A stretch of 64,000 nucleotides of DNA, from NCBI RefSeq assembly GCF_009931435.1, contig NZ_CP043414.1. The stretch is one strand, 5' to 3'. A model generated the notes under the pieces. It was not told the origin of the DNA. It made no database searches and saw nothing but the letters and a program-made list of their open reading frames with translations. Below are positions 22,111 through 36,886 of this stretch, one piece after another; position 1 is the stretch's first letter, and every line of letters starts with the position of its first letter. The position numbers and the translations under genes are program-made. Source of the DNA: Escherichia coli (lineage in GTDB: Bacteria > Pseudomonadota > Gammaproteobacteria > Enterobacterales > Enterobacteriaceae).

Positions 22111-22546
22111 GTTTCATCCTGCCCATTATGATGCGCACGGACGCCTGCGTTTACCTTTTCTCTTCTGGCTTGTGCTGTTGCTTCAGGCGCGAACCTGGGT
22201 GCTGTTTGTCATTGCCGGTGCGTCGCGCGAGCAGGGTACTGCGCTGCTAAATCTGTTTTATCCCGATCACGATAATTTCTGGCTGGGGTTGATTCCCGGT
22301 ATTCCGGCGGTGCTGGCGTTTTTGCTGAGTGGTCGGCGGGCTTCATTTCCCCGTATCTGGCATGTACTCTATTTTCTGTTGCTGTTGGCGCAGCTTGTTT
22401 TGCTTTGCTGGCAACCGTGGCTGTGGCTGAACGGTGAATCCGTTAGCGGTATCGGTCTGGCGCTGGTAGTGGCGGATATTGTGGCGTTAATCTGGCTGCT
22501 GACCAATCGACGTTTACGCGCTTGTTTTAATGAAGAAAAAGAATAA
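22097..22546 (+). CDS. yfeZ: inner membrane protein YfeZ
   Basis: 149 aa hydrophobic ORF overlapping the ypeA 3' end. Confidence 0.8.
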   Translation: MKSTEFHPAHYDAHGRLRLPFLFWLVLLLQARTWVLFVIAGASREQGTALLNLFYPDHDNFWLGLIPGIPAVLAFLLSGRRASFPRIWHVLYFLLLLAQLVLLCWQPWLWLNGESVSGIGLALVVADIVALIWLLTNRRLRACFNEEKE

Positions 22547-22606
22547 CGGCACTTTTTGGTGAATTTGCACTCCAAGCAACGTTATTGAATAACCAAAGGA
22601 AGTGAC

Positions 22607-23182
22607 ATGAAATCGCTGCGTTTAATGTTATGCGCTATGCCGTTGATGCTGACCGGCTGTTCAACGATGTCGTCAGTTAACTGGTCTGCCGCTAATCCGT
22701 GGAACTGGTTTGGGTCGTCCACCAAAGTGAGCGAGCAGGGCGTGGGTGAATTAACGGCGTCCACACCACTGCAAGAACAAGCTATTGCCGATGCGCTTGA
22801 TGGTGATTATCGCCTGCGCAGCGGAATGAAAACCGCGAACGGCAACGTGGTGCGCTTTTTTGAAGTGATGAAAGGCGACAACGTGGCGATGATAATTAAC
22901 GGCGATCAGGGCACGATCAGCCGCATTGATGTGCTGGATAGCGATATTCCTGCTGACACCGGTGTTAAAATCGGTACACCGTTTAGCGACCTTTACAGCA
23001 AAGCATTTGGCAATTGCCAAAAAGCTGATGGTGATGATAATCGTGCCGTCGAATGTAAAGCTGAAGGCAGTCAACATATTAGCTACCAGTTCAGCGGGGA
23101 ATGGAGTGGTCCTGAAGGGTTAATGCCTTCGGACGATACCTTGAAAAACTGGAAAGTCAGTAAAATTATCTGGCGGCGTTAA
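22607..23182 (+). CDS. yfeY: lipoprotein YfeY
   Basis: 191 aa; lipobox LTGC in signal peptide. Confidence 0.85.
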   Translation: MKSLRLMLCAMPLMLTGCSTMSSVNWSAANPWNWFGSSTKVSEQGVGELTASTPLQEQAIADALDGDYRLRSGMKTANGNVVRFFEVMKGDNVAMIINGDQGTISRIDVLDSDIPADTGVKIGTPFSDLYSKAFGNCQKADGDDNRAVECKAEGSQHISYQFSGEWSGPEGLMPSDDTLKNWKVSKIIWRR

Positions 23183-23193
23183 TTTGCGTCTGA

Positions 23194-24177
<984 letters not shown>

Positions 24178-24234
24178 GCGCTTCTGATTCGATGATTAAA
24201 GGCCAGCCAGTAACACAACTGGCTGGCCTTTTTA

Positions 24235-25539
24235 TTACTTCTGCTTTAACGCCGCATACACCTGATCCACCACCCAACCATAAGTTGCAATCGGTAACTG
24301 ACCGCTTTCGAACATATTGGGATTTTTTTGTGGATCGGCAACTGGCGAATGTGGCTTGTTGCTTAACATCACAATCGCCATATGATTCACCGGATCGATA
24401 ACGGTCACCGTCCCGGTCCAGCCAGTGTGACCGTAGGTTTGCGGGCTTGCCAACGTGCCAAACGTCGGCGTCATGATGGCATTACCATTCACGCGCCAGC
24501 CGAGGCCAAAAGTGGCGTCTTCCTTTGAGCTGGTGGTGAACATCTTAACCGTTTCCGCACTGAACAGCGTCACATCACCATAGCCGCCGCCGTTCAGCAT
24601 CGTTTGCATTAACACCGCAATATCACCGGTATTGGAAAACAAACCTGCGTGCCCGGAAACGCCGCCCATCGAATAGAATGCTTTTTCATCGTGCACCTGA
24701 CCCCAGAGAGTGGAGGTGCGGATATTCGGGAAGTGAATCACGCCATCGCGGGTATTGCCGTTCAGTTCCGTGGCGGCAATTTGCTGTGGTTTAAAGCCTT
24801 TCAGCAGCGGATTAAACACCGTATGCGTCAGGCCGAGCGGGCGATAAATCGACTCTTCAACATAGCGGTCAAGCGGCTGACCGGTGACCGACTCGACGAT
24901 AAATCCAAGCAGCATATAATCGACATCGCTGTAGATATGCTTGCTGCCGGGCTGATACTCCAGCGGCGTGCGCTTGATCATCTCCAGCGTCTGGCCTTTA
25001 TCCTGGGAATATAACGCGCCCGCGACCGCTTTATTCGGATATTGCGGATCTGCCGGGAAACCGCCGCTGTGATGCAGCAGATCAGAAATCCGCAGCGTGT
25101 TTTTGCCTTTGATCGCATCGTTCGGGCTGTCGGCAAACCCTGGGATATATTTCGCAATCAGATCGTCAGGATGTAGTTTGCCTTCGCTCATCAGCTTTTG
25201 CAGGGCGAAGTTAGTGGCGTACATCTTGGTGTTTGAGGCCAGATCATACAGCGTCCCGGTGGTGGCTTTTAACGGCTGCGCCATTAACGCGCTGCCATCG
25301 TACTTTTTCGCCGCGCCCCAGGCTTTGCGATAAACAATCTGATTATCTTTTATAATCAGCAGGTTTACGCCGGGATAACCATCATCAACTTGCTGGCTAA
25401 TCCAGCGATCCATCTGATTAAGCCGTTCGACGTTAAACCCTGCTTTCTCTGGCGAACTTTCTGTCAGAACAGGGTATTTTGCGGCGCTGACGCTACAGCT
25501 GACAGCCAGCAGAGAAAAATAGAGCATTGTCCGTTTCAT
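24235..25539 (-). CDS. yfeW: penicillin-binding protein 4B-like beta-lactamase-fold protein
   Basis: 434 aa; signal peptide; class C beta-lactamase / PBP fold sequence. Confidence 0.85.
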   Translation of the reverse strand: MKRTMLYFSLLAVSCSVSAAKYPVLTESSPEKAGFNVERLNQMDRWISQQVDDGYPGVNLLIIKDNQIVYRKAWGAAKKYDGSALMAQPLKATTGTLYDLASNTKMYATNFALQKLMSEGKLHPDDLIAKYIPGFADSPNDAIKGKNTLRISDLLHHSGGFPADPQYPNKAVAGALYSQDKGQTLEMIKRTPLEYQPGSKHIYSDVDYMLLGFIVESVTGQPLDRYVEESIYRPLGLTHTVFNPLLKGFKPQQIAATELNGNTRDGVIHFPNIRTSTLWGQVHDEKAFYSMGGVSGHAGLFSNTGDIAVLMQTMLNGGGYGDVTLFSAETVKMFTTSSKEDATFGLGWRVNGNAIMTPTFGTLASPQTYGHTGWTGTVTVIDPVNHMAIVMLSNKPHSPVADPQKNPNMFESGQLPIATYGWVVDQVYAALKQK

Positions 25540-25541
25540 AA

Positions 25542-26966
<1,425 letters not shown>

Positions 26967-26969
26967 GGG

Positions 26970-27866
26970 TTATTCCTTGTCTAAAACCTGACGAATAAAG
27001 CCGCCGTGTTGATCCAGGCGTTTTTTTGCTTCTGCGGCATCGAGATTTTTCAGCACCATCACAATGGCCGTTTTACAGTTGCGCTCGCAAGCAATTAACG
27101 CCGCTTCCGCTTGTTCGGCGTTACATCCGGTGGCGTTTTTAACGATATTGACCTGGCGCACATGCAATTTTTCGTTGGTGGCGACCACATCGACCATCAG
27201 GTTGCCGAACACTTTGCCGGATTTAATCATCAGCCCGGTAGAGAGCATATTGAGCACCAGTTTCTGCGCTGTGCCTGCTTTCATTCGCGAAGAACCGGTA
27301 ACCACTTCGGCACCAACCACCGGAGTAATAGCAAACTCAGCGGTGGTTGAAACGGCGCTCCCCGGATTACAGGAAATGCCCACTGTGCGGCAACCGAGTT
27401 GGCGTGCGTATTCCAGCCCGGCAATCACATACGGTGTGCGACCGCTGGCAGCAATACCAACCACCACATCCTGTGCGGTTAAGCCGATATTTTTTAGATC
27501 GTTAACGCCACCTTCCCGGCTATCTTCTGCGCCTTCCACCGCGTGCTGAATGGCATATTCACCGCCAGCAATCAAACCAACCACCAGGCCCGGTTTGACG
27601 CCGTAGGTCGGCGGACATTCGCTGGCATCAAGAATACCCAGACGACCGGAAGTCCCCGCACCGATGTAAATCAGTCGACCGCCGCCGCTTACCTGGGCGT
27701 GGATAACATCGATCGCTGCGGCGATATCCGGCAGTACACGCTCAACGGCAAGTGGTACGGTTTTATCTTCATTGTTGATAATCCGGCACATTTCCAGCGT
27801 TGATACGCGGTCAATTTCAGCCGAAGCGGCATTCGAGCCTTCGGTAATCATCTTTTCAAGTTGCAT
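26970..27866 (-). CDS. murQ: N-acetylmuramic acid 6-phosphate etherase
   Basis: 298 aa SIS-domain protein directly upstream of murP. Confidence 0.9.
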   Translation of the reverse strand: MQLEKMITEGSNAASAEIDRVSTLEMCRIINNEDKTVPLAVERVLPDIAAAIDVIHAQVSGGGRLIYIGAGTSGRLGILDASECPPTYGVKPGLVVGLIAGGEYAIQHAVEGAEDSREGGVNDLKNIGLTAQDVVVGIAASGRTPYVIAGLEYARQLGCRTVGISCNPGSAVSTTAEFAITPVVGAEVVTGSSRMKAGTAQKLVLNMLSTGLMIKSGKVFGNLMVDVVATNEKLHVRQVNIVKNATGCNAEQAEAALIACERNCKTAIVMVLKNLDAAEAKKRLDQHGGFIRQVLDKE

Positions 27867-28029
27867 CGGTGGTGACCTTACTATTTACGATCAAATAATT
27901 GCAGATGGATGGAATCATATATCCCGAATTGACAGACTTAAAGGAATCATTGAGTCTACACTCGCAGAGTGTGAAGAGCGTCATAAGAACTTAAGCGGAA
28001 TTTTTGCTGCCAGCCCAGGAGAGTGGAAG

Positions 28030-28887
28030 ATGTTGTACCTGACGAAAATACGCAATGCAGAAAGTGAATTTACCGAGAACGAGCAAAAAATAGCTGACTT
28101 TCTGCAGGCTAAAGTGAGTGAGCTGAAATCCGTCTCTTCGCGCAAGATGGCGAAACAGCTCGGCATCAGCCAGTCGAGTATTGTGAAGTTTGCCCAGAAG
28201 CTCGGCGCGCAAGGATTTACTGAATTGCGTATGGCGTTAATTGGCGAATACAGTGCCAGCCGGGAGAAAACGAATGCCACGGCGCTGCACTTGCACAGTT
28301 CGATTACCAGTGACGATTCGCTGGAAGTGATTGCCCGCAAACTGAATCGCGAAAAAGAGCTGGCACTGGAGCAAACCTGCGCCTTACTCGATTACGCGCG
28401 GCTGCAAAAAATCATTGAGGTCATCAGTAAAGCGCCGTTTATCCAGATAACAGGCCTGGGCGGGTCGGCGCTGGTGGGGCGCGATCTTTCATTCAAACTG
28501 ATGAAAATTGGTTATCGCGTGGCCTGTGAAGCCGACACGCACGTACAAGCTACCGTTTCCCAGGCGTTGAAAAAAGGTGATGTACAAATCGCTATCTCTT
28601 ACAGCGGCAGTAAAAAAGAGATTTTGCTATGCGCCGAGGCAGCGCGAAAGCAGGGGGCAACGGTGATTGCCATTACTTCACTGACTGACTCTCCGCTGCG
28701 GCGGTTGGCACATTTCACCCTCGATACCGTTTCTGGTGAAACCGAATGGCGTAGCTCGTCGATGTCCACCCGCACGGCGCAAAATTCGGTTACCGATTTA
28801 CTGTTTGTTGGGCTGGTACAACTTAATGATGTCGAGTCATTGAAAATGATTGAGCGCAGCAGTGAGCTAACACAACGCCTGAAATGA
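28030..28887 (+). CDS. murR: RpiR-family transcriptional repressor MurR
   Basis: 285 aa from ATG at 28030 ([14 protein letters not shown]...); HTH plus SIS domain; divergent from murQP. Confidence 0.88.
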   Translation: MLYLTKIRNAESEFTENEQKIADFLQAKVSELKSVSSRKMAKQLGISQSSIVKFAQKLGAQGFTELRMALIGEYSASREKTNATALHLHSSITSDDSLEVIARKLNREKELALEQTCALLDYARLQKIIEVISKAPFIQITGLGGSALVGRDLSFKLMKIGYRVACEADTHVQATVSQALKKGDVQIAISYSGSKKEILLCAEAARKQGATVIAITSLTDSPLRRLAHFTLDTVSGETEWRSSSMSTRTAQNSVTDLLFVGLVQLNDVESLKMIERSSELTQRLK

Positions 28888-29015
28888 TGCATAAAGCAGC
28901 GACTGGATTGAGATTTTCCTGAATTAGTGAGCTGATCCGCAGCAATATTTTGTTTATCCTGTATTTTCAGAGGGAATGGAGTGTAACGCTCTGTATTAAC
29001 AAGGAGAGCATTAAA

Positions 29016-29807
29016 ATGGGTAAACTCACGGGCAAGACAGCACTGATTACGGGCGCATTGCAGGGAATTGGCGAAGGAATTGCCAGAACTTTTGCGCGTC
29101 ATGGCGCAAACCTAATCTTGCTGGATATCTCCCCTGAGATCGAAAAGCTGGCGGACGAACTGTGTGGTCGTGGTCATCGCTGTACGGCGGTTGTCGCCGA
29201 TGTGCGTGACCCGGCATCGGTAGCCGCAGCTATCAAGCGCGCAAAGGAAAAAGAAGGGCGCATTGATATCCTGGTGAATAACGCAGGCGTTTGTCGTCTG
29301 GGCAGTTTCCTCGATATGAGCGATGAAGATCGCGATTTCCATATTGATATCAATATAAAAGGCGTATGGAACGTCACAAAGGCGGTGCTGCCGGAGATGA
29401 TTGCCCGCAAAGATGGTCGCATTGTGATGATGTCTTCGGTCACTGGCGATATGGTGGCCGATCCGGGCGAAACGGCGTATGCCTTAACGAAAGCGGCGAT
29501 TGTTGGCCTGACTAAATCGCTGGCGGTGGAGTACGCGCAGTCTGGTATTCGCGTTAACGCCATCTGCCCAGGATATGTTCGCACGCCAATGGCGGAAAGC
29601 ATCGCGCGTCAGTCGAACCCGGAGGATCCGGAATCGGTGCTGACTGAAATGGCGAAAGCAATCCCGTTGCGTCGCCTCGCCGATCCGCTGGAAGTTGGCG
29701 AACTGGCGGCCTTCCTCGCATCCGATGAATCCAGCTATTTAACCGGTACACAGAATGTGATTGATGGCGGCAGCACACTGCCGGAGACGGTTAGCGTCGG
29801 CATCTGA
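29016..29807 (+). CDS. ucpA: short-chain dehydrogenase/reductase UcpA
   Basis: 263 aa from ATG at 29016 (MGKLTGKTALITGALQGIG...), Rossmann TGxxxGxG motif. Confidence 0.88.
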   Translation: MGKLTGKTALITGALQGIGEGIARTFARHGANLILLDISPEIEKLADELCGRGHRCTAVVADVRDPASVAAAIKRAKEKEGRIDILVNNAGVCRLGSFLDMSDEDRDFHIDINIKGVWNVTKAVLPEMIARKDGRIVMMSSVTGDMVADPGETAYALTKAAIVGLTKSLAVEYAQSGIRVNAICPGYVRTPMAESIARQSNPEDPESVLTEMAKAIPLRRLADPLEVGELAAFLASDESSYLTGTQNVIDGGSTLPETVSVGI

Positions 29808-29819
29808 TTCACCTCTGTT

Positions 29820-29852
29820 TCCTCCCTGCATGTGTGGGGAGGATTTCGTCTT
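29820..29852 (+). terminator. putative intrinsic terminator after ucpA
   Basis: tcctccc / tgcatgtgt / ggggagga hairpin followed by U-rich tract, 13 nt after the ucpA stop. Confidence 0.4.
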
Positions 29853-29899
29853 GAACTAAGTTCACCAGGCTATTTTATTTGTCATTTTGGCCCCGGGCA

Positions 29900-30110
29900 G
29901 TGCTCGAAATCCTCACGTACTATGTGTACGCTCCGGTTTCTCCGCGCTGTTCGTGTCCAAACTGACTGCAACAATTACGCCTGTTGAACCAAGTTCTTAT
30001 TCCCTTTTCAACTTCCAAATCACCAAACGGTATATAAAACCGTTACTCCTTTCACGTCCGTTATAAATATGATGACTAATAGAAAGTCATTTAATTAATA
30101 AGGGTGCGCA
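29900..30110 (+). promoter_or_regulatory. cysP promoter region (expected CysB-dependent); exact sites not resolved
   Basis: AT-rich 200 bp upstream of cysP; by established knowledge the cysPUWAM promoter is CysB-activated. Confidence 0.3.
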
Positions 30111-31127
30111 ATGGCCGTTAACTTACTGAAAAAGAACTCACTCGCGCTGGTCGCTTCTCTGCTGCTGGCGGGCCATGTACAGGCAACGGAACTGCTGAAC
30201 AGTTCTTATGACGTCTCCCGCGAGCTGTTTGCTGCCCTGAATCCGCCGTTTGAGCAACAATGGGCCAAAGACAACGGCGGCGATAAACTGACGATAAAAC
30301 AATCTCATGCCGGGTCATCAAAACAGGCGCTGGCGATTTTGCAGGGCTTAAAAGCGGACGTTGTCACTTATAACCAGGTGACCGACGTACAAATCCTGCA
30401 TGATAAAGGCAAGCTGATCCCGGCTGACTGGCAGTCGCGCCTGCCGAATAACAGCTCGCCGTTTTACTCCACCATGGGCTTCCTGGTGCGTAAGGGCAAC
30501 CCGAAGAATATCCATGACTGGAACGATCTGGTGCGCTCCGACGTGAAGCTGATTTTCCCGAACCCAAAAACCTCCGGTAACGCGCGTTATACCTATCTGG
30601 CGGCATGGGGCGCAGCGGATAAAGCTGACGGTGGCGATAAAGCCAAAACCGAACAGTTTATGACCCAGTTCCTGAAAAACGTGGAAGTGTTCGATACCGG
30701 CGGTCGTGGCGCAACTACCACCTTTGCCGAGCGCGGGCTGGGCGATGTGCTGATTAGCTTCGAATCGGAAGTGAACAACATCCGCAAGCAGTATGAAGCG
30801 CAGGGCTTTGAAGTGGTGATTCCGAAAACCAACATTCTGGCGGAATTCCCGGTGGCGTGGGTCGATAAAAACGTGCAGGCCAACGGCACGGAAAAAGCGG
30901 CAAAAGCTTACCTGAACTGGCTCTACAGCCCACAGGCGCAAACGATCATTACCGATTATTACTACCGCGTGAATAACCCGGAAGTCATGGACAAACTGAA
31001 AGACAAATTCCCGCAGACCGAGCTGTTTCGCGTGGAAGATAAATTTGGCTCCTGGCCGGAAGTGATGAAAACCCACTTCAACAGCGGCGGCGAGTTAGAC
31101 AAGCTGTTAGCGGCGGGGCGTAACTAA
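30111..31127 (+). CDS. cysP: thiosulfate/sulfate-binding periplasmic protein
   Basis: 338 aa; signal peptide; sulfate-binding protein family. Confidence 0.92.
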   Translation: MAVNLLKKNSLALVASLLLAGHVQATELLNSSYDVSRELFAALNPPFEQQWAKDNGGDKLTIKQSHAGSSKQALAILQGLKADVVTYNQVTDVQILHDKGKLIPADWQSRLPNNSSPFYSTMGFLVRKGNPKNIHDWNDLVRSDVKLIFPNPKTSGNARYTYLAAWGAADKADGGDKAKTEQFMTQFLKNVEVFDTGGRGATTTFAERGLGDVLISFESEVNNIRKQYEAQGFEVVIPKTNILAEFPVAWVDKNVQANGTEKAAKAYLNWLYSPQAQTIITDYYYRVNNPEVMDKLKDKFPQTELFRVEDKFGSWPEVMKTHFNSGGELDKLLAAGRN

Positions 31128-31960
31128 TGTTTGCAGTTTCTTCCAGACGCGTGCTGCCGGGCTTTACCTTAAGCCTCGGCACCAGTCTGCTGTTTGTGTG
31201 CCTGATTTTGCTGCTGCCGCTCTCCGCGCTGGTGATGCAACTGGCTCAGATGAGCTGGGCGCAGTACTGGGAGGTGATCACCAACCCGCAGGTGGTCGCG
31301 GCCTATAAAGTGACGCTGCTGTCGGCGTTTGTGGCATCGATTTTTAACGGCGTTTTCGGCCTGCTGATGGCGTGGATTTTAACCCGCTATCGCTTTCCGG
31401 GCCGCACGCTGCTTGATGCGCTGATGGATTTACCGTTTGCGCTACCAACGGCGGTAGCAGGTTTAACGCTGGCCTCGCTCTTTTCCGTGAACGGTTTTTA
31501 CGGTGAATGGCTGGCGAAGTTTGATATCAAAGTCACCTATACGTGGCTTGGAATCGCGGTGGCGATGGCCTTTACCAGCATTCCATTTGTGGTGCGTACC
31601 GTTCAGCCGGTGCTGGAAGAGTTAGGCCCGGAATATGAAGAAGCGGCGGAAACGCTCGGCGCAACGCGCTGGCAGAGTTTCTGCAAAGTGGTGCTGCCGG
31701 AGCTTTCTCCGGCGCTGGTGGCGGGCGTGGCGCTGTCGTTTACCCGTAGTCTCGGTGAGTTTGGTGCGGTGATTTTTATCGCCGGGAACATCGCCTGGAA
31801 GACGGAAGTGACGTCGCTGATGATTTTTGTTCGCTTACAGGAGTTTGATTACCCGGCGGCGAGCGCAATTGCTTCGGTGATACTCGCGGCATCACTGCTG
31901 CTGCTGTTCTCAATTAACACTCTGCAAAGTCGCTTTGGTCGGCGTGTGGTAGGTCATTAA
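31127..31960 (+). CDS. cysU: sulfate/thiosulfate ABC transporter permease CysU (CysT)
   Basis: 277 aa ABC permease; stop/start overlap with cysP. Confidence 0.92.
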   Translation: MFAVSSRRVLPGFTLSLGTSLLFVCLILLLPLSALVMQLAQMSWAQYWEVITNPQVVAAYKVTLLSAFVASIFNGVFGLLMAWILTRYRFPGRTLLDALMDLPFALPTAVAGLTLASLFSVNGFYGEWLAKFDIKVTYTWLGIAVAMAFTSIPFVVRTVQPVLEELGPEYEEAAETLGATRWQSFCKVVLPELSPALVAGVALSFTRSLGEFGAVIFIAGNIAWKTEVTSLMIFVRLQEFDYPAASAIASVILAASLLLLFSINTLQSRFGRRVVGH

Positions 31961-32835
31961 TGGCGGAAGTGACACAGTTGAAGCGTTATGACGCGCGCCC
32001 GATTAACTGGGGCAAATGGTTTCTGATTGGCATCGGGATGCTGGTTTCGGCGTTCATCCTGCTGGTGCCGATGATTTACATCTTCGTGCAGGCATTCAGC
32101 AAAGGGCTGATGCCGGTGTTACAGAATCTTGCTGACCCGGACATGCTGCACGCTATTTGGCTGACGGTGATGATCGCGCTGATTGCCGTCCCGGTAAACC
32201 TGGTGTTCGGGATTCTGCTGGCGTGGCTGGTGACGCGCTTTAACTTCCCCGGACGCCAGTTATTGCTGACGCTGCTGGACATTCCGTTTGCCGTGTCGCC
32301 GGTGGTTGCCGGTCTGGTCTATCTGCTGTTCTACGGCTCTAATGGCCCGCTCGGCGGCTGGCTGGATGAACATAATCTGCAAATTATGTTCTCCTGGCCG
32401 GGAATGGTGCTGGTCACCATCTTCGTGACCTGTCCGTTTGTGGTGCGCGAGCTGGTGCCAGTGATGTTAAGCCAGGGCAGCCAGGAAGACGAAGCGGCGA
32501 TTTTGCTTGGCGCGTCTGGCTGGCAGATGTTCCGCCGCGTCACGCTGCCGAACATCCGCTGGGCGCTGCTTTATGGCGTGGTGCTGACCAACGCCCGCGC
32601 GATTGGCGAGTTTGGCGCGGTGTCGGTGGTTTCCGGCTCGATTCGCGGTGAAACACTTTCGCTGCCGTTACAGATTGAATTGCTGGAGCAGGACTACAAC
32701 ACCGTCGGCTCCTTTACCGCCGCGGCGCTGTTGACGCTGATGGCGATTATCACCCTGTTTTTAAAGAGTATGTTGCAGTGGCGCCTGGAGAATCAGGAAA
32801 AACGCGCGCAACAGGAGGAACATCATGAGCATTGA
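31960..32835 (+). CDS. cysW: sulfate/thiosulfate ABC transporter permease CysW
   Basis: 291 aa ABC permease. Confidence 0.92.
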   Translation: MAEVTQLKRYDARPINWGKWFLIGIGMLVSAFILLVPMIYIFVQAFSKGLMPVLQNLADPDMLHAIWLTVMIALIAVPVNLVFGILLAWLVTRFNFPGRQLLLTLLDIPFAVSPVVAGLVYLLFYGSNGPLGGWLDEHNLQIMFSWPGMVLVTIFVTCPFVVRELVPVMLSQGSQEDEAAILLGASGWQMFRRVTLPNIRWALLYGVVLTNARAIGEFGAVSVVSGSIRGETLSLPLQIELLEQDYNTVGSFTAAALLTLMAIITLFLKSMLQWRLENQEKRAQQEEHHEH

Positions 32836-33922
32836 GATTGCCAATATTAAGAAGTCGTTTGGTCGCACCCAGGTGCTGAACGATATCTCACTGGATATTC
32901 CTTCTGGTCAGATGGTCGCGTTGCTGGGGCCGTCCGGTTCCGGGAAAACCACGCTGCTGCGGATTATCGCCGGGCTGGAGCATCAAACCAGCGGGCATAT
33001 TCGTTTCCACGGCACCGACGTCAGCCGCCTGCATGCACGCGATCGCAAAGTCGGTTTTGTGTTCCAGCACTATGCGCTGTTCCGCCATATGACGGTATTC
33101 GACAATATCGCCTTCGGCCTGACGGTGCTGTCGCGTCGCGAGCGCCCGAATGCCGCAGCCATCAAAGCGAAAGTGACAAAATTGCTGGAAATGGTGCAGC
33201 TTGCGCATCTGGCGGATCGTTATCCGGCCCAGCTTTCCGGCGGGCAGAAACAGCGTGTGGCACTGGCGCGCGCGCTGGCTGTGGAACCGCAAATTCTGCT
33301 GCTTGATGAACCGTTTGGTGCGCTGGATGCGCAGGTGCGTAAAGAGCTGCGTCGCTGGCTGCGTCAACTCCATGAAGAGCTGAAATTCACCAGCGTGTTC
33401 GTGACCCATGACCAGGAAGAAGCGATGGAAGTCGCCAACCGCGTGGTGGTCATGAGCCAGGGCAATATCGAACAGGCCGATGAACCGGATCAGGTTTGGC
33501 GCGAGCCGGCGACCCGTTTTGTGCTGGAGTTTATGGGCGAAGTGAACCGCTTGCAGGGAACGATTCGCGGTGGGCAGTTCCACGTTGGTGCGCACCGCTG
33601 GCCGCTGGGATACACCCCTGCGTATCAGGGGCCGGTGGATCTCTTCCTGCGCCCGTGGGAAGTGGATATCAGCCGCCGCACAAGCCTCGATTCGCCGCTG
33701 CCGGTGCAGGTGCTGGAAGCCAGCCCGAAAGGTCACTACACCCAATTAGTCGTGCAGCCGCTGGGGTGGTATGAAGATCCGCTCACCGTAGTAATGCGTG
33801 GTGATGATGCGCCGGTGCGCGGCGATCGTTTGTTCGTCGGGCTACAACATGCTCGACTGTATAACGGCGACGAGCGTATTGAAACACGCGATGAGGAACT
33901 TGCTCTCGCACAAAGCGCCTGA
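32825..33922 (+). CDS. cysA: sulfate/thiosulfate ABC transporter ATP-binding protein CysA
   Basis: 365 aa; Walker [18 protein letters not shown] signature. Confidence 0.93.
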   Translation: MSIEIANIKKSFGRTQVLNDISLDIPSGQMVALLGPSGSGKTTLLRIIAGLEHQTSGHIRFHGTDVSRLHARDRKVGFVFQHYALFRHMTVFDNIAFGLTVLSRRERPNAAAIKAKVTKLLEMVQLAHLADRYPAQLSGGQKQRVALARALAVEPQILLLDEPFGALDAQVRKELRRWLRQLHEELKFTSVFVTHDQEEAMEVANRVVVMSQGNIEQADEPDQVWREPATRFVLEFMGEVNRLQGTIRGGQFHVGAHRWPLGYTPAYQGPVDLFLRPWEVDISRRTSLDSPLPVQVLEASPKGHYTQLVVQPLGWYEDPLTVVMRGDDAPVRGDRLFVGLQHARLYNGDERIETRDEELALAQSA

Positions 33923-33943
33923 TAGGTTGAGTTAATGTTAAAC

Positions 33944-33977
33944 GCCCGGAGGCGCTTCCCGCGATCCGGGCTTTTTA
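33944..33977 (+). terminator. intrinsic terminator after cysA
   Basis: gcccggaggcgcttcccgcgatccgggc hairpin followed by ttttt. Confidence 0.55.
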
Positions 33978-33997
33978 ATGGCAAGGTTTTGTAACCT

Positions 33998-34034
33998 GTA
34001 GGCCTGATAAGACGCGTAAACGTCGCATCAGGCA
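33998..34034. repeat. REP element between cysA and cysM
   Basis: gtaggcctgataagacgcg...cgtcgcatcaggc palindromic REP. Confidence 0.75.
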
Positions 34035-34056
34035 ACACCACGTATGGACAGAGATC

Positions 34057-34968
34057 GTGAGTACATTAGAACAAACAATAGGCAATACGCCTCTGGTGAA
34101 ATTACAACGAATGGGGCCGGATAACGGCAGTGAAGTGTGGTTAAAGCTGGAAGGCAATAATCCGGCCGGTTCGGTGAAAGATCGTGCGGCGCTTTCGATG
34201 ATCGTCGAGGCGGAAAAGCGCGGGGAAATTAAACCGGGTGATGTGTTAATCGAAGCCACCAGTGGTAACACCGGGATTGCGCTGGCAATGATTGCCGCGC
34301 TAAAAGGCTATCGCATGAAATTGCTGATGCCCGATAACATGAGCCAGGAGCGTCGCGCGGCGATGCGTGCCTACGGTGCGGAGCTGATTCTGGTCACCAA
34401 AGAGCAGGGCATGGAAGGTGCGCGCGATCTGGCGCTGGAGATGGCGAATCGTGGCGAAGGCAAGCTGCTCGATCAGTTTAATAATCCCGATAATCCTTAT
34501 GCGCATTACACCACCACCGGGCCGGAAATCTGGCAGCAAACCGGCGGTCGCATTACCCATTTTGTCTCCAGCATGGGGACGACCGGTACGATTACCGGCG
34601 TGTCGCGCTTTATGCGCGAGCAATCCAAACTGGTGACCATTGTTGGTCTGCAGCCGGAAGAGGGCAGCAGCATTCCCGGCATTCGTCGCTGGCCTGAGGA
34701 ATATCTGCCAGGCATCTTCAACGCTTCGCTGGTGGATGAGGTGCTGGATATTCATCAGCGTGATGCGGAAAACACCATGCGCGAACTGGCAGTGCGGGAA
34801 GGGATTTTCTGCGGTGTAAGTTCCGGTGGCGCGGTTGCCGGAGCACTGCGGGTGGCAAAAGCCAACCCCGGCGCTGTAGTGGTGGCGATCATCTGCGATC
34901 GCGGCGATCGCTACCTTTCTACCGGGGTGTTTGGGGAAGAGCACTTTAGTCAGGGGGCGGGGATTTAA
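34057..34968 (+). CDS. cysM: cysteine synthase B (O-acetylserine sulfhydrylase B)
   Basis: 303 aa; PLP-enzyme motifs SVKDR, GNTG. Confidence 0.93.
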   Translation: MSTLEQTIGNTPLVKLQRMGPDNGSEVWLKLEGNNPAGSVKDRAALSMIVEAEKRGEIKPGDVLIEATSGNTGIALAMIAALKGYRMKLLMPDNMSQERRAAMRAYGAELILVTKEQGMEGARDLALEMANRGEGKLLDQFNNPDNPYAHYTTTGPEIWQQTGGRITHFVSSMGTTGTITGVSRFMREQSKLVTIVGLQPEEGSSIPGIRRWPEEYLPGIFNASLVDEVLDIHQRDAENTMRELAVREGIFCGVSSGGAVAGALRVAKANPGAVVVAIICDRGDRYLSTGVFGEEHFSQGAGI

Positions 34969-34970
34969 GA

Positions 34971-35363
<393 letters not shown>

Positions 35364-35364
35364 G

Positions 35365-35406
<42 letters not shown>

Positions 35407-35442
35407 GATGCGATGAGGATCATCGGCAAGGAGAAAAATTAA

Positions 35443-36294
35443 ATGAGTAGTTTGTTGTTGTTTAACGATAAGAGCAGAGCGTTGCAGGCGGATGTTGTCG
35501 CGGTGCAGTCGCAGGTGGTGTATGGCAGCGTAGGCAACAGCATCGCCGTGCCTGCTATTAAACAGAACGGCCTGAATGTCTTTGCCGTGCCGACCGTGTT
35601 GCTGAGCAATACGCCGCATTATCACACGTTCTACGGTGGTGCGATTCCGGACGAATGGTTTAGCGGCTATTTGCGTGCGCTTCAGGAGCGTGATGCGCTG
35701 CGCCAGCTGCGCGCTGTCACCACGGGCTATATGGGAACGGCATCGCAAATCAAAATCCTTGCCGAGTGGCTGACTGCGCTACGCAAAGACCATCCTGACT
35801 TATTGATTATGGTCGATCCGGTGATTGGCGATATTGATAGCGGAATTTATGTCAAACCTGACCTTCCTGAGGCATACCGACAATATTTACTGCCTCTGGC
35901 GCAGGGTATTACGCCTAATATCTTTGAGCTGGAAATCCTGACCGGTAAAGATTGCCGCGATCTCGACAGTGCCATTGCCGCAGCAAAAAGTTTGCTTTCA
36001 GACACCTTAAAATGGGTGGTCATTACCAGCGCCTCCGGTAACGAAGAAAATCAGGAGATGCAGGTGGTGGTGGTCAGTGCCGACAGCGTGAATGTCATTT
36101 CCCATTCCCGGGTTAAAACTGACCTGAAAGGGACTGGCGACCTGTTTTGTGCTCAGCTTATCAGTGGTTTGCTGAAAGGGAAGGCGTTAACCGATGCGGT
36201 GCACCGCGCGGGGTTGCGCGTACTGGAAGTGATGCGCTATACCCAGCAGCATGAGAGCGATGAATTGATTTTGCCGCCGCTGGCTGAAGCATAA
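35443..36294 (+). CDS. pdxK: pyridoxal/pyridoxine/pyridoxamine kinase
   Basis: 283 aa ribokinase-fold PdxK sequence. Confidence 0.9.
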   Translation: MSSLLLFNDKSRALQADVVAVQSQVVYGSVGNSIAVPAIKQNGLNVFAVPTVLLSNTPHYHTFYGGAIPDEWFSGYLRALQERDALRQLRAVTTGYMGTASQIKILAEWLTALRKDHPDLLIMVDPVIGDIDSGIYVKPDLPEAYRQYLLPLAQGITPNIFELEILTGKDCRDLDSAIAAAKSLLSDTLKWVVITSASGNEENQEMQVVVVSADSVNVISHSRVKTDLKGTGDLFCAQLISGLLKGKALTDAVHRAGLRVLEVMRYTQQHESDELILPPLAEA

Positions 36295-36325
36295 AAAAAT
36301 GGCGCCGATGGGCGCCATTTTTCTC
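36294..36325. terminator. bidirectional intrinsic terminator shared by pdxK (+) and crr (-)
   Basis: aaaaaaa-tggcgcc-gatg-ggcgcca-ttttt: perfect hairpin flanked by A-tract and T-tract between convergent genes. Confidence 0.7.
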
Positions 36326-36336
36326 TGCGGCAAGAA

Positions 36337-36846
36337 TTACTTCTTGATGCGGATAACCGGGGTTTCACCCACAGTCACGCTACCGGACAGTTTGATCAGT
36401 TCTTTGATTTCGTCCATGTTGGAGATAACAACCGGAGTCAGGGTAGACTTGGCTTTCTCTTCCAGCAGCGGCAGATCGAATTCAATCACGGTATCACCAA
36501 CTTTCACGCGCTGACCTTCTTCAGCAATACGCTTGAAGCCTTCGCCTTTCAGTTCAACGGTGTCGATACCGAAGTGGACGAACAGTTCAACGCCGCTATC
36601 AGATTCGATAGAGAACGCGTGGTTGGTCTCAAAGATTTTACCAATGGTGCCGTCTACAGGCGCGACCATTTTGTTTCCAGTTGGTTTGATAGCAATGCCA
36701 TCACCAACGATTTTTTCCGCAAAAACGACATCCGGCACGTCTTCGATATTGACGATCTCGCCAGAGAGCGGAGCAATGATCTCAATAGTTCCGGTATCCT
36801 TCTTGTCGTCGGAAACCAGAGATTTCAGTTTATCGAACAAACCCAT
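36337..36846 (-). CDS. crr: PTS glucose-specific EIIA (EIIA-Glc)
   Basis: 169 aa; EIIA-Glc sequence. Confidence 0.95.
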
Positions 36847-36886
36847 GATCTTCTCCTAAGCAGTAAATTGGGCCGCATCTCGTGGA

